From: an uncultured Candidatus Saccharibacteria bacterium
Lineage (GTDB): Bacteria > Patescibacteriota > Saccharimonadia > Saccharimonadales > AWTP1-31
DNA length: 55,375 nt
Reading direction: 5' to 3'
Assembly (NCBI GenBank): GCA_937903325.1
Contig: CALCZR010000051.1
Coordinates: forward strand, 1 to 55,375
The position numbers and the translations under genes are program-made. Shown in pieces: positions 35,581 to 44,069 of the stretch (the first letter of the stretch is position 1; every line of letters starts with the position of its first letter). The notes beneath the pieces were generated by a model. It was not told where the DNA came from and searched no databases. It worked only from the letters and a program-made list of their open reading frames with translations.

Positions 35581-35939
35581 ATGCCGTCCTCCATCCATAA
35601 CTGGGCGAAGAATGGCCTAGACAATAATACTACATTGGATAGCATTAATGCTTTCTGCATATCCGCTCTTAGCATTTTTAGGAATACACTCACATCTTTA
35701 GTTACAGAGATTTGGTCTAGCCTCTTCGTCTGTGGTTCAGATGCTAATACTTTTATCCATGCATTAATGGTCATTGCTTTGGCGTGTTGATACTTTTGTT
35801 CTGCTGTTGCCGTTGGTCTAAGTGTATCTGCCAAATCGAGGAATGCTGACAGTTTATTATTTAGAGCCGTAGAGTCGGCCAGCCCTAGATCCTCTGGGGA
35901 TATGTTAAGTTCTAGTTTTAGCCGCTCTAAGTCTGTCAT
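35577..35939 (-). CDS. gp6-like head-tail connector protein
   Basis: The N-terminus MTDLERLKLELNISPED is typical of the phage gp6-like connector family. It lies after the capsid gene. Confidence 0.55.
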   Translation of the reverse strand: MTDLERLKLELNISPEDLGLADSTALNNKLSAFLDLADTLRPTATAEQKYQHAKAMTINAWIKVLASEPQTKRLDQISVTKDVSVFLKMLRADMQKALMLSNVVLLSRPFFAQLWMEDGI

Positions 35940-36049
35940 TTTTTACCCTTTTCCTGTGGTTTAGGTTCTTCTACTTTCTTTGGTAAATCGATTGGATTTC
36001 CCCAGGGATCAACCAATACACCATTAACCGTAAAATATACCTTATCCAT
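35936..36049 (-). CDS. small protein (37 aa), not in ORF track
   Basis: The product is MDKVYFTVNGVLVDPWGNPIDLPKKVEEPKPQEKGKK. It starts 1 nt after the capsid stop and is ATGA-coupled to the connector gene. Confidence 0.4.
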   Translation of the reverse strand: MDKVYFTVNGVLVDPWGNPIDLPKKVEEPKPQEKGKK

Positions 36050-36050
36050 A

Positions 36051-37106
36051 TTATGTTGGATCTGCGTAGGTTGCGTTGCCGATGTACAGGATTGCTGCGG
36101 CTCCACGGTTTTTTACACCAAACCCGAAGAAGTTTTCGAAGTACTCAGACTGCAACGGGAACGTAGACATACGGCCTGCGACATGGAGGCCAGATGGCTT
36201 CTCAGTTGGGAGACGCATGCGTAGAACTCTCGATTGAGCATTGACATCGATAGCAACAATGTAGTTAGCGTAAACCCAAGGCTTAACGTATACTTCGGCA
36301 CCATTATAGATACCGATAAAACGTTTCTGGGTATTGTTGACATCCAGACGTTGGTTGCTCATGGTCACAGTGTTTGCAACCATAACGCGTGGGTCCCAAG
36401 CAGCGATAAATCCGGTGAGTCCACGAACTGCAGCTTCTTGGGCCTGATTAATGTGGAGTTGGACGTTTGCATTGCTGGTGTGCTCTGTAATGTTAAGGAT
36501 CAGTGCATCAAGTGCAGCTGTGGTCAACGTTGCTGTTCCCATGTAGTGGGAGTGCGAGCCGGAGAAGGTTTCTCCGTTGGGCCCGTTAGGTGGGATCCGT
36601 CCGTCTGCGTTAAGCAAAGCCTTGATATCCAAGTCGATGTTGTTCCGGACATGAGGGTCAGAAACCGTACGGTTGGTTGGCTTAAACAGAGCTTTCTTCA
36701 TCAGCTCCATCTTTTTACGGACGTCAGCATCTTGAACATTCAGTGCGATGACCGCAATGTCTGCTGGTGTTGCGCGTTCCAAGTAGTCAATCGTCCATCC
36801 GTTTGCCATTTGGAAGCGCAGGAGTGGGAATGCTACTTTTTGCCCGCCGCTGAGCTTTTGCGTGCGTACACGCGAGAATTCGTCGGCTTCTTCGAATTCG
36901 CCATCGAGAATCTGTCCGAGTCCGTCTGCCTCTTCACGCTCTGTCGTCGTTGTGGCATATTGGCCGAACATGTCCATCATGAGTTGGTCGTGAGCCAGAA
37001 ATTCTGCTCTCACGATATCTTGGATTGCATCCAATCCAAATGTTACAGCAGTGATATTGGTAAACTGCTGGAGATCTTTTAATGTATAAGCGCCAGTTCT
37101 AGACAT
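36051..37106 (-). CDS. major capsid protein (351 aa)
   Basis: It lies after the scaffold and decoration-like genes. Size and locally raised GC fit a highly expressed gene. The 282-aa antisense ORF is a shadow. Confidence 0.8.
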   Translation of the reverse strand: MSRTGAYTLKDLQQFTNITAVTFGLDAIQDIVRAEFLAHDQLMMDMFGQYATTTTEREEADGLGQILDGEFEEADEFSRVRTQKLSGGQKVAFPLLRFQMANGWTIDYLERATPADIAVIALNVQDADVRKKMELMKKALFKPTNRTVSDPHVRNNIDLDIKALLNADGRIPPNGPNGETFSGSHSHYMGTATLTTAALDALILNITEHTSNANVQLHINQAQEAAVRGLTGFIAAWDPRVMVANTVTMSNQRLDVNNTQKRFIGIYNGAEVYVKPWVYANYIVAIDVNAQSRVLRMRLPTEKPSGLHVAGRMSTFPLQSEYFENFFGFGVKNRGAAAILYIGNATYADPT

Positions 37107-37116
37107 TTTCTACTCC

Positions 37117-37506
37117 TTAGTTAAGTTTCCCGACTCGAACGATCATAAGATCATTGGCGCTAACGCGTGTAAATGCCCCTACAGTATCGTCTGTGGTTGC
37201 AGCTGTATCAATTGCTCCAGCTACGTTGACATAGTACAAATCCCCAGTCAGTGCCGTTGAGGAAACATAAAAACGTGTGCCTAGGCCAAAAACAGTAAGT
37301 GGCTCTCCAGCTTTTGCTGTTCTTGCTGCGATACCAATAAAAATTTTACCGGTTGCAAACTTATAAATCTTGTCGTCAGATTGCTTCAGATATACGGGTT
37401 GGCCTGCATTGATGTCTTCCCCAGCTACTTTGCCGCTAAGCTGCATTGCATATTGGGCAGTGGAAATATCCACCGATGCGTTGGCGCTAATTGTGATTGC
37501 TGCCAT
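37117..37506 (-). CDS. DUF2190-like head decoration candidate (129 aa)
   Basis: Small Ala/Gly/Thr-rich protein directly upstream of the capsid gene. Confidence 0.45.
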   Translation of the reverse strand: MAAITISANASVDISTAQYAMQLSGKVAGEDINAGQPVYLKQSDDKIYKFATGKIFIGIAARTAKAGEPLTVFGLGTRFYVSSTALTGDLYYVNVAGAIDTAATTDDTVGAFTRVSANDLMIVRVGKLN

Positions 37507-37514
37507 AAATCTCC

Positions 37515-38162
37515 TTAAGGATTATAATCCCCAGATTCTAGTTTCTTTTGTTTAATGTAGTCAAATGAGATTGTCGGACTCTCTCCAACTGGCTTCTGAG
37601 CTGGGAACGTTGGCCTTGCAACATTTTTCTGCTCCTGGGGTTCCTGCTTAGGCTGCGTAAGTAATGACGGTGTAAAATCTTTCCACTCAGTCTCAATATA
37701 TTGATCCAGTGAGATTTCTTGATCGTTAATCTTCACAAATGCAGTCTTTTTAGTCTGCCCATCTACCTCTACACTCTTAACATCAAACTCTAAATTAGAT
37801 CCTAGTTTTTCGAACACAGATGTTTTAAGGTTGTATGTCTCTGCAATTTCTCGCATCTGACCTTTTCTCTTAAGTGTCTTAAGTTCTTCTTGGGCTCCTT
37901 GAGCTTCCCCAAGCATGCTAGCGATCTCGTCCGGTTTACCAAACCTAACATACTGTGTCCATCTATCCGCGTCTGCTTTACTTAAAACTACAGACCCGTC
38001 AGGAGCAGCTTTGTCTCTAAGCTTGCGGTTATCAGATTCAAGGTCTATAACTTTTTGGATGAGTTTGTCAAATTCTTGATTTCTCAACTCGCCTTGTCTC
38101 TTAGTCTTCCACTCTGACTCGCTTAATCTTAGATCGTCGTTTGGCTTGTTTTCGTCACTCAT
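37515..38162 (-). CDS. scaffolding protein (215 aa)
   Basis: Charged helical sequence (KLIQKVIDLESDNRKLRDK) between the portal and capsid genes. Confidence 0.6.
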   Translation of the reverse strand: MSDENKPNDDLRLSESEWKTKRQGELRNQEFDKLIQKVIDLESDNRKLRDKAAPDGSVVLSKADADRWTQYVRFGKPDEIASMLGEAQGAQEELKTLKRKGQMREIAETYNLKTSVFEKLGSNLEFDVKSVEVDGQTKKTAFVKINDQEISLDQYIETEWKDFTPSLLTQPKQEPQEQKNVARPTFPAQKPVGESPTISFDYIKQKKLESGDYNP

Positions 38163-38223
38163 TTGTTCCCCTTGTTAACAATAAGTAATGCACTTTGCAT
38201 TTCTGACTAAAGTATATCATATA

Positions 38224-39795
38224 TTATTTTTTCTGTTTCCCATCTAACCCTGTACTAACCTGCGTATTTGCATCATTCGTAGGGTTCTGGTCAGTACTCA
38301 TACCAGCTGATTGACTATCTTGAATATGGTTTTGGTCCACCTTGGCAGACTCAAGATCGATCCTTGAGATCTCTGCATCTACATCATCAATTCCAGCGCG
38401 CATCATTGCTGTCTCCCTGCTCACCAGCTGTGCAGCATACTCTTCGAGATTAACCCTACGCTCATCTGCAGTTGGTGCAAATGCTGTGACTTTTGCTTCC
38501 GCTACAACTCTTGCCTCTAAAAATGACTGATTATTCATCATAACGCCAGCCAGATTGAGTGCAAATTCGAGCATATCTCTGTATACACCTTCGATCTCTC
38601 GAGCTACCCTCTCCTCGATGTTCATATAGTCGCCAGCAGCAACTTCTCTAGATCTGCCGGATGCGTATTGTTGGTCATTCATAAGCGCAAAAGACTGGCG
38701 TGCAATTGCTAGGATAGCTGACTCAGCTGTATCAGCTGCGACTTTCATTGCTTCCACAGATGATGGTTCAAATCGTCCGTAGCTTGCTGGCAGAGACTTA
38801 GATGTAATCTTAGTGCTACCATCTGCCTCCGTTATAACCTCTTCGTACGCTGATGGTTGATAAAAGTTAATCGCACCAGGTCCAGTCACAGGTTTAATGG
38901 GGCTTCCATCTTCATTATACGCATTAATACCAATACCGTAGCGCTCAGTAAAGCCAGCATAGTGAGTGTTGCGCTGCATCATTGTAAGTGCGACATTTAA
39001 TGCAGACTGTTGTTGGATCATATCCTCTGTGACCAACTCTTTGTTGACTTGGCCTTGGATATGCCAGAGTTTACCTCCGAGATCTAGTCTAATCTCTTCG
39101 ACGCCATCCTGAGACATAATCTTTAGGACGGTAAGACCGTTGTCATCTACATATGTTAGCTCGAGTTCGTTTTTGTTGAGATATTGATATATATTGATGC
39201 CAATGGTATCGAGTGTATAATCGTCTACAATTACGCTGCAGTTAAAGTTTGATGGCAAGAGTACATGTATTGCATTTAATGCCTCATCGAGCGTCGAAAA
39301 TGATGGCATTGCCCCATCTTTACCTCTAAATCGTTGTGGGATAACAAATCTAAGTGTAGATCTGCCAAGGGCAACCATTTGTACGCCAAATTTCCATAGG
39401 AGTGTATTGAGGCGCCTCTTGTCAAACCATTTGGTCAAAGACTCTTCAATCATCTTGGTGTCAGCTGCTCCGTCCACCATCCACTTGACTTCATTGCCAA
39501 GGATACCATCTACCATGCGCTCGCAGACTTCAGCTATCATGTTTCTACTGGTAAAACTGCTCTTGAGTGCATCAACCATACGGGTATATTCAGCATGACT
39601 TGTTGGGAGCATTGGTCCCGCCCAATAATCGATCGCTGTGTCTGTGGATCCCAGCTGTTTGCCGGCCAAGAAATCGTATGCCTTTTTGCTCTTCTTGTCG
39701 TAAAAAGCATTGATAAGTATGCCTTGGTCAAAATACGTAAGGTCCTCAAAGCTCTTCTTTGTTACACCGTCTAATAAATAGGTCATCCGTACCAC
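38224..39795 (-). CDS. portal protein (523 aa)
   Basis: Called from size and from its position directly downstream of, and overlapping, the large terminase. Confidence 0.75.
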   Translation of the reverse strand: MVRMTYLLDGVTKKSFEDLTYFDQGILINAFYDKKSKKAYDFLAGKQLGSTDTAIDYWAGPMLPTSHAEYTRMVDALKSSFTSRNMIAEVCERMVDGILGNEVKWMVDGAADTKMIEESLTKWFDKRRLNTLLWKFGVQMVALGRSTLRFVIPQRFRGKDGAMPSFSTLDEALNAIHVLLPSNFNCSVIVDDYTLDTIGINIYQYLNKNELELTYVDDNGLTVLKIMSQDGVEEIRLDLGGKLWHIQGQVNKELVTEDMIQQQSALNVALTMMQRNTHYAGFTERYGIGINAYNEDGSPIKPVTGPGAINFYQPSAYEEVITEADGSTKITSKSLPASYGRFEPSSVEAMKVAADTAESAILAIARQSFALMNDQQYASGRSREVAAGDYMNIEERVAREIEGVYRDMLEFALNLAGVMMNNQSFLEARVVAEAKVTAFAPTADERRVNLEEYAAQLVSRETAMMRAGIDDVDAEISRIDLESAKVDQNHIQDSQSAGMSTDQNPTNDANTQVSTGLDGKQKK

Positions 39796-41225
39796 CCTCT
39801 CGGTTTTTTGAGTATTACTTGTTGATATCTTGGCTTGGCATCATAAAATGCATAAACAACAGCGTCACCTTTATCTGGAGATCTGTTTAGGGATGCACTT
39901 ATTTCATCTTTGGCTTGCACCTGTATTCCATTTGGAGTAAGTCTCCATGTTGGTGTGCACAGATCTTCAAGCATTTGCTCGTCTGGTGGCAAAGCAAGGT
40001 CAGACCCAGTGGATGGATCAAGCTTTTCCCTTAATTCCCAGTATAGTTGGGCTCTAAGATTGCGAAACTTAAACTGCCTGGTCTTATCCATTGATGACGA
40101 GCGTGCTGCACCGTTTACGGGATATACATAGTCTCGTCTGTCTTTGAGGTGGTCATAAACAGACGATCCAATACCAATCACGTCTACATTTATAGCTGTG
40201 GATGACTCGGTAGATTGCATCACCAATGCAGCAACTGCTGCGCCATCTGGAGTCGTTTTACCAGGATAAGATTTAATCTCTCCAACGTAATTTCCCCACC
40301 TTGGAGCTAGGACAGTCTTATCCTTACCTCCCCGTGCAGGGTCGACCCCGATAGCGTCAGGAGTTCCATCAGGTTGAGCAACCGCTTTCCAGCGATCCAT
40401 TGCTTTTGTAACCCATTCTCTAGGTATTACTCTCCAGACGGATTCTTCAATATCGCTAAACTCACCCATGATTTCCTGTGAGATAGCTTCTTGTGGATAG
40501 TTGTCAATCGTCCTCTGGATCTCTTCGGGTGACATCCATGGATTATCGTAGGTTGTATATCTCTTGCCGTAATAGCCAGCTTCTCCATCTAAGCACTTCT
40601 GCCACAGTTTGTAAAAGAGGTTCCTCCCCTTTGGAGTTCCTGCTGCGATCAACTGTGAGTTTGGAAAGTCCATAAGCATTGGCAATACAGCGTTATAGTA
40701 GAGATATTCGTCTTCTAGCACCAAGCCTGCTTCGTTAATAAAGATAACTTGATACGCAAAGCCTTCCCAGTTCTCAGGGTTCTGAGCGGACCGGAAGTCT
40801 ATATATCCACCATTCTCGCCTATTTTTAATACTTTCTTCTGTGCGCTCCATCTGTATTGGATGTTACGCTTACGCATTGCTGGGATAAACATCCGCTCAA
40901 CGTATCTATCCAAGTTGGACTGTGTTACGTCTCCCCACATAAGTGGATATCCCCATAGTGCAAACTCTATAAATGCGTGTGCCGCACCTCTAGTTGCACC
41001 AAGACGACGTCCCTTGGGATGGATCCTAAATCTACCCTTTTTAGCGCCATCAAAAAATATATCTCTCTGAGCTGGGGAATACTCAAAAGGATCGTACTTT
41101 GGGGGTACGATCTTGCCATTGATAGAATCTTTTGACTCAGTTGAAGAAATTAGGGATGCCAGCATCGTCTGCGTCTGACGATCCAGTCCTATCATTGTTT
41201 GCCAATTGTTTGGTAATTTCTTCAA
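39783..41225 (-). CDS. terL: terminase large subunit
   Basis: Walker A-like motif is HPKGRRLGATRGAAH and Walker B-like motif is VIFINEAG. A C-terminal nuclease-like region with conserved Asp residues follows. Confidence 0.85.
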   Translation of the reverse strand: MKKLPNNWQTMIGLDRQTQTMLASLISSTESKDSINGKIVPPKYDPFEYSPAQRDIFFDGAKKGRFRIHPKGRRLGATRGAAHAFIEFALWGYPLMWGDVTQSNLDRYVERMFIPAMRKRNIQYRWSAQKKVLKIGENGGYIDFRSAQNPENWEGFAYQVIFINEAGLVLEDEYLYYNAVLPMLMDFPNSQLIAAGTPKGRNLFYKLWQKCLDGEAGYYGKRYTTYDNPWMSPEEIQRTIDNYPQEAISQEIMGEFSDIEESVWRVIPREWVTKAMDRWKAVAQPDGTPDAIGVDPARGGKDKTVLAPRWGNYVGEIKSYPGKTTPDGAAVAALVMQSTESSTAINVDVIGIGSSVYDHLKDRRDYVYPVNGAARSSSMDKTRQFKFRNLRAQLYWELREKLDPSTGSDLALPPDEQMLEDLCTPTWRLTPNGIQVQAKDEISASLNRSPDKGDAVVYAFYDAKPRYQQVILKKPRGWYG

Positions 41226-41550
41226 AAGCGGTCTCCCTAGTGATTATCTTGTCCATTACCTCGATAAACCTATTGATCTTATTCATATCAAACTCTGTAT
41301 TTAGTAAATACAGGTTTCGGTGTATCGCCCGAGTCCGAGCATCCATTGGCGTAGCCTCAGTTCTGGGTTGTCCCCTGTTAAGCTCGGCTACAATCTCTTC
41401 GTCAGTAAATTCTTCTTTAATCTTCCATCTTACAATTGTTTTTGCATTTACATTCATTTCTCGAGCGGTCTTTTCCACATTTCCGCTGTGTTTCCGGAGC
41501 AACACCATTGCTTTCAGTCGTGCTTCCCTCGAGTATTCTATCTCTGCCAT
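41137..41550 (-). CDS. terS: terminase small subunit (HTH)
   Basis: The HTH segment is GNVEKTAREMNVNAKTIVRWK. It is directly upstream of, and overlapping, terL, with GAGGAG upstream. Confidence 0.6.
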   Translation of the reverse strand: MAEIEYSREARLKAMVLLRKHSGNVEKTAREMNVNAKTIVRWKIKEEFTDEEIVAELNRGQPRTEATPMDARTRAIHRNLYLLNTEFDMNKINRFIEVMDKIITRETAFEEITKQLANNDRTGSSDADDAGIPNFFN

Positions 41551-41636
41551 CTTTATTACTCCTCATTATTTCAGACCCTTCTTTAATTGAGTCTAGTAAA
41601 AGTTTAAACATTTCTTCTTCCACTGATCGCCCTCTC

Positions 41637-41666
41637 TTGACATTATAGCACAGATTGTGCTAGGAT
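41637..41666 (+). promoter_or_regulatory. sigma70-type promoter, TTGACA-18 nt-TGcTAGGAT
   Basis: TTGACA at 41637-41642 and TAGGAT at 41661-41666. The ATG at 41672 lies 5 nt downstream with no SD. Confidence 0.5.
41642..41650 (-). promoter_or_regulatory. extended -10 promoter, TGcTATAAT, candidate late-operon promoter
   Basis: The minus strand reads TGCTATAAT, embedded in the spacer of the divergent plus-strand promoter. It lies about 90 nt upstream of terS. Confidence 0.45.
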
Positions 41667-41671
41667 CGCTT

Positions 41672-41893
41672 ATGGAGTACTTTTTCTACAAGTGGGGAGA
41701 TCGGTTCATCCAGGTTTCCCGTGACTCTAGGGGTGTCATCTCAAGTACCTTTTATGATAGTGAGGAGCGTAAATGGGTTCAGAGCAGAATATTGCATACT
41801 GAAATGAAGAAATCCGATAGATCAGAAATAAAGCGGTATAAATCTCAATGGTTATGGGCATTAGATTTCGCCAGACATCTCCAAGTTGAATAA
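41672..41893 (+). CDS. hypothetical protein (73 aa), probably leaderless
   Basis: The track ORF 41657.. begins with a non-ATG codon. The in-frame ATG at 41672 (MEYFFYKWGD) matches the predicted TSS. Confidence 0.5.
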   Translation: MEYFFYKWGDRFIQVSRDSRGVISSTFYDSEERKWVQSRILHTEMKKSDRSEIKRYKSQWLWALDFARHLQVE

Positions 41894-41895
41894 AG

Positions 41896-41919
41896 AAATG
41901 GGCTTAGCGGCCCATTTTT
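41896..41919. terminator. bidirectional terminator hairpin
   Basis: Stem AAATGGGC / GCCCATTT with a 6-nt loop, flanked by A- and T-runs. Confidence 0.6.
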
Positions 41920-42046
41920 ACTGTTCATCTGATTTATAGTCGACAACTTCTTTCCCGACATCTTTGCCCCAATCCACTTCCTGCATAACGAATCCATCAG
42001 GTATACTTAATAATATTTCCTCTAATGTCATATCTCCCCAATGCAT
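41918..42046 (-). CDS. small protein (42 aa), not in ORF track
   Basis: The product is MHWGDMTLEEILLSIPDGFVMQEVDWGKDVGKEVVDYKSDEQ, with GGTGGA upstream. Confidence 0.3.
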   Translation of the reverse strand: MHWGDMTLEEILLSIPDGFVMQEVDWGKDVGKEVVDYKSDEQ

Positions 42047-42089
42047 TTTCCACCCGTTTGATTTCGGGTGGATTCTTTCAGTACTTGTT

Positions 42090-42314
42090 TTACTTACTCC
42101 GACTGGCCATTGCTACTCCGATATCAAGGTTTGGGAATAAATCCTTAACTTCTTGCACCAGGTTCCTAGCCATATCTTTGTTATAGTCTTTTGCCTTAAC
42201 GTATAACATAACATAAAATCTTTTTGGAGCTCCTCTAGACACAGGTGCAAAACCATCGATGATTTGTTTGGTCTGTAAATCTACTAAGTGTTGCTCGATT
42301 TCATGTTTTGTCAT
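42090..42314 (-). CDS. hypothetical protein (74 aa)
   Basis: Open frame with protein-like composition. Confidence 0.55.
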   Translation of the reverse strand: MTKHEIEQHLVDLQTKQIIDGFAPVSRGAPKRFYVMLYVKAKDYNKDMARNLVQEVKDLFPNLDIGVAMASRSK

Positions 42315-42396
42315 TTTAGTCTCTCTTCAGCTATGTGGATTGCGGATGGATTTTTAGCCGATGCATCTTTTACGTGTATGCTCACGAGATGATGGA

Positions 42397-42600
42397 TCAC
42401 CTACCTTTCTGTTTGATACTAAGCCTATCTTGATATGTTTCGTAAGTTTCTCTCGGTGCTCGATTGTACGCCTGATTGAGCGCTTGTGAGTCTTTTGTAA
42501 ATACGAGGTGTTGTTCACTTAACCTGAAAATACTTGTATCCAACTTAGGTTCCTCCATTTCTCTGGTATCTACAAGGCACTTTGTAGATATATCCATCAT
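42397..42600 (-). CDS. hypothetical protein (67 aa)
   Basis: Open frame; first gene leftward of the divergent control region. Confidence 0.5.
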   Translation of the reverse strand: MMDISTKCLVDTREMEEPKLDTSIFRLSEQHLVFTKDSQALNQAYNRAPRETYETYQDRLSIKQKGR

Positions 42601-42660
42601 AGCACAAAATCATATCTTCAACCACTGGGTGGTGCCTGTAAACTGCTTTTTTAGGATTGT

Positions 42661-42745
42661 TGTCTAGGACGCAATAATGCTCTAGGTTAGTACATAAAGA
42701 GTATAAAACACAGTAAAATAATTAATACTTATATAGTACTTATTA
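42661..42745 (-). repeat. conserved intergenic element, copy A (minus orientation)
   Basis: The reverse complement reads AGTACTATATAAGTATTAATTATTTTACTGTGTTTTATACTCTTTATGTACTAACCTAGAGCATT... It is near-identical to copies B, C and D. Confidence 0.8.
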
Positions 42746-42844
42746 TTGGTAGCGCTGAGTATCTTGAGCAGAATGTGTAAGGTATCTAGCTATAGTCATT
42801 GGCGGTAGACGTGAGAACCAAATGAGGCACCTGGGTATTGTACA

Positions 42845-42910
42845 TATATAGTACTTAATTAGTATTAGATATTTGTTCTGTGTTTTATATTCTTTATGTA
42901 CTAACCTAGG
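42845..42910 (+). repeat. conserved intergenic element, copy B
   Basis: The sequence is ATATAGTACTTAATTAGTATTAGATATTTGTTCTGTGTTTTATATTCTTTATGTACTAACCTAGG. It forms an inverted pair with copy A. Confidence 0.8.
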
Positions 42911-42953
42911 GAAGAAATGCATGCCAGACGCGTATCATCAAACATGCATTAAT

Positions 42954-42982
42954 TTGACTTTTATTCATCCATTTGGTATAAT
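42954..42982 (+). promoter_or_regulatory. sigma70-type promoter, TTGACT-17 nt-TATAAT
   Basis: TTGACT at 42954-42959 and TATAAT at 42977-42982. The ATG at 42989 lies 6 nt downstream with no SD. Confidence 0.65.
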
Positions 42983-42988
42983 AAACAT

Positions 42989-43309
42989 ATGTTTAGGCAT
43001 AAGTTCAAAAACAAAATAACAGAATATAAAGGGGTGAAGTACAGATCTAAACTCGAAGCTGATTATGCAAAGCACTTGTTTAAACTTAAGGATGAAGGCA
43101 CTCTCCTATGGTTTAACAGGCAAGTGATATTTGATTTTCCAGATGGAAACAGCTATAGGGTAGACTTCCTTGCATTCTATGCAAATGGCGATATGGATGT
43201 CGTCGACACCAAGGGCGTAGAGACCCCAGACTTTAAGCGCAACATTAAGAGTATGGAGTACTACTATCCATATTTTAATGTTAAGATTGTAAAGAGAGGT
43301 GATTTCTGA
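42989..43309 (+). CDS. DUF1064-like PD-(D/E)XK nuclease
   Basis: The pattern is YKGVKYRSKLEADYAKHL ... YRVDFLAFYANGDMDVVDTKG, giving a D...(D/E)xK arrangement. Confidence 0.55.
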   Translation: MFRHKFKNKITEYKGVKYRSKLEADYAKHLFKLKDEGTLLWFNRQVIFDFPDGNSYRVDFLAFYANGDMDVVDTKGVETPDFKRNIKSMEYYYPYFNVKIVKRGDF

Positions 43310-43310
43310 A

Positions 43311-43709
43311 ATGGCTAAATGTCGCATCCCAAAGAGGTATGGTTTTTTCATACATGCTGATATCCCAATATATGTCGTTGTTAAGCGTAATAAATATGTC
43401 CATGCCTTACATTGGTACGATCTTGATGGCACATGGGTCAGCGACGAAACAGACCTAAGTGATATTTATATATCCGCCGATGACATAACCATACAGCTCT
43501 CATACCTTGAGTGGATACAGCACCTTAAGGTATCTGGTATCACAAACTACCCAAGGTACCTGGTTAGCTACACAGTTAAGCAAGTTGCAAGGCTTAACGA
43601 GATATTTGCTGGCGATAAGATGCGATTTGAGGATATTGAGCTCTTCAAATTCAATGAAATTAAATCTGTGTCTGAACTCGATGGGTTAATCTACAAAGGG
43701 GTGCAATAA
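43311..43709 (+). CDS. hypothetical protein (132 aa)
   Basis: AGAGGTG lies 9 nt upstream of the ATG at 43311. The track start is 43299. Confidence 0.55.
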   Translation: MAKCRIPKRYGFFIHADIPIYVVVKRNKYVHALHWYDLDGTWVSDETDLSDIYISADDITIQLSYLEWIQHLKVSGITNYPRYLVSYTVKQVARLNEIFAGDKMRFEDIELFKFNEIKSVSELDGLIYKGVQ

Positions 43710-44035
43710 TGAGTACGAAACGTAAAAGCTCTAAACCGCCAAGGAAACCTCAGGAAGATAGCAAAAAGAGCCCAAGTAGAAAGAAAGGGCCGCGCATTAG
43801 ATTCACAGAGCGCTACTTTATGTACTTCTCTACGGCCCATGAGACCGGAATTGTTGATCTTTCAAACTGGGAAGGATCTGCAGTTTATAGCACAGATAAG
43901 AAGGATTTCGATCTCGGTAACGAATGGATCTACAATATGAGAGATGGAGACGGAGATTGTTTCTACGTATACAACCGAAAACTTACAGAAGAGATGTGTG
44001 ATCTTATATTCGATCAGCGTCCTAGATGGTTTTAG
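43709..44035 (+). CDS. hypothetical protein with highly basic N-terminus (108 aa)
   Basis: TAATG-coupled. The N-terminus is KRKSSKPPRKPQEDSKKSPSRKKGPR. Confidence 0.55.
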   Translation: MSTKRKSSKPPRKPQEDSKKSPSRKKGPRIRFTERYFMYFSTAHETGIVDLSNWEGSAVYSTDKKDFDLGNEWIYNMRDGDGDCFYVYNRKLTEEMCDLIFDQRPRWF

Positions 44036-44064
44036 TTGACTTTTGTAAGCTTAGGATATATAAT
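44036..44064 (+). promoter_or_regulatory. sigma70-type promoter, TTGACT-17 nt-TATAAT
   Basis: TTGACT at 44036-44041 and TATAAT at 44059-44064. The ATG at 44070 lies 5 nt downstream with no SD. Confidence 0.65.
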
Positions 44065-44069
44065 AAATT

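Noticed and set aside
36234-37082. 282-aa plus-strand ORF antisense to the major capsid gene. The same applies to 33700..34248 (antisense to the major tail gene) and 22147..22551.
   Set aside because: These are long shadow ORFs typical of GC-richer, highly expressed genes. Their composition is Cys/Val/His-rich and they have no translation signals.
41417-41623. 68-aa minus-strand ORF (GTG start) overlapping terS in another frame. The plus-strand ORFs 41132..41590, 41320..41586 and 41436..41648 fall in the same class.
   Set aside because: They overlap the well-supported terS and terL genes. Their composition is low-complexity and they have no independent signals.
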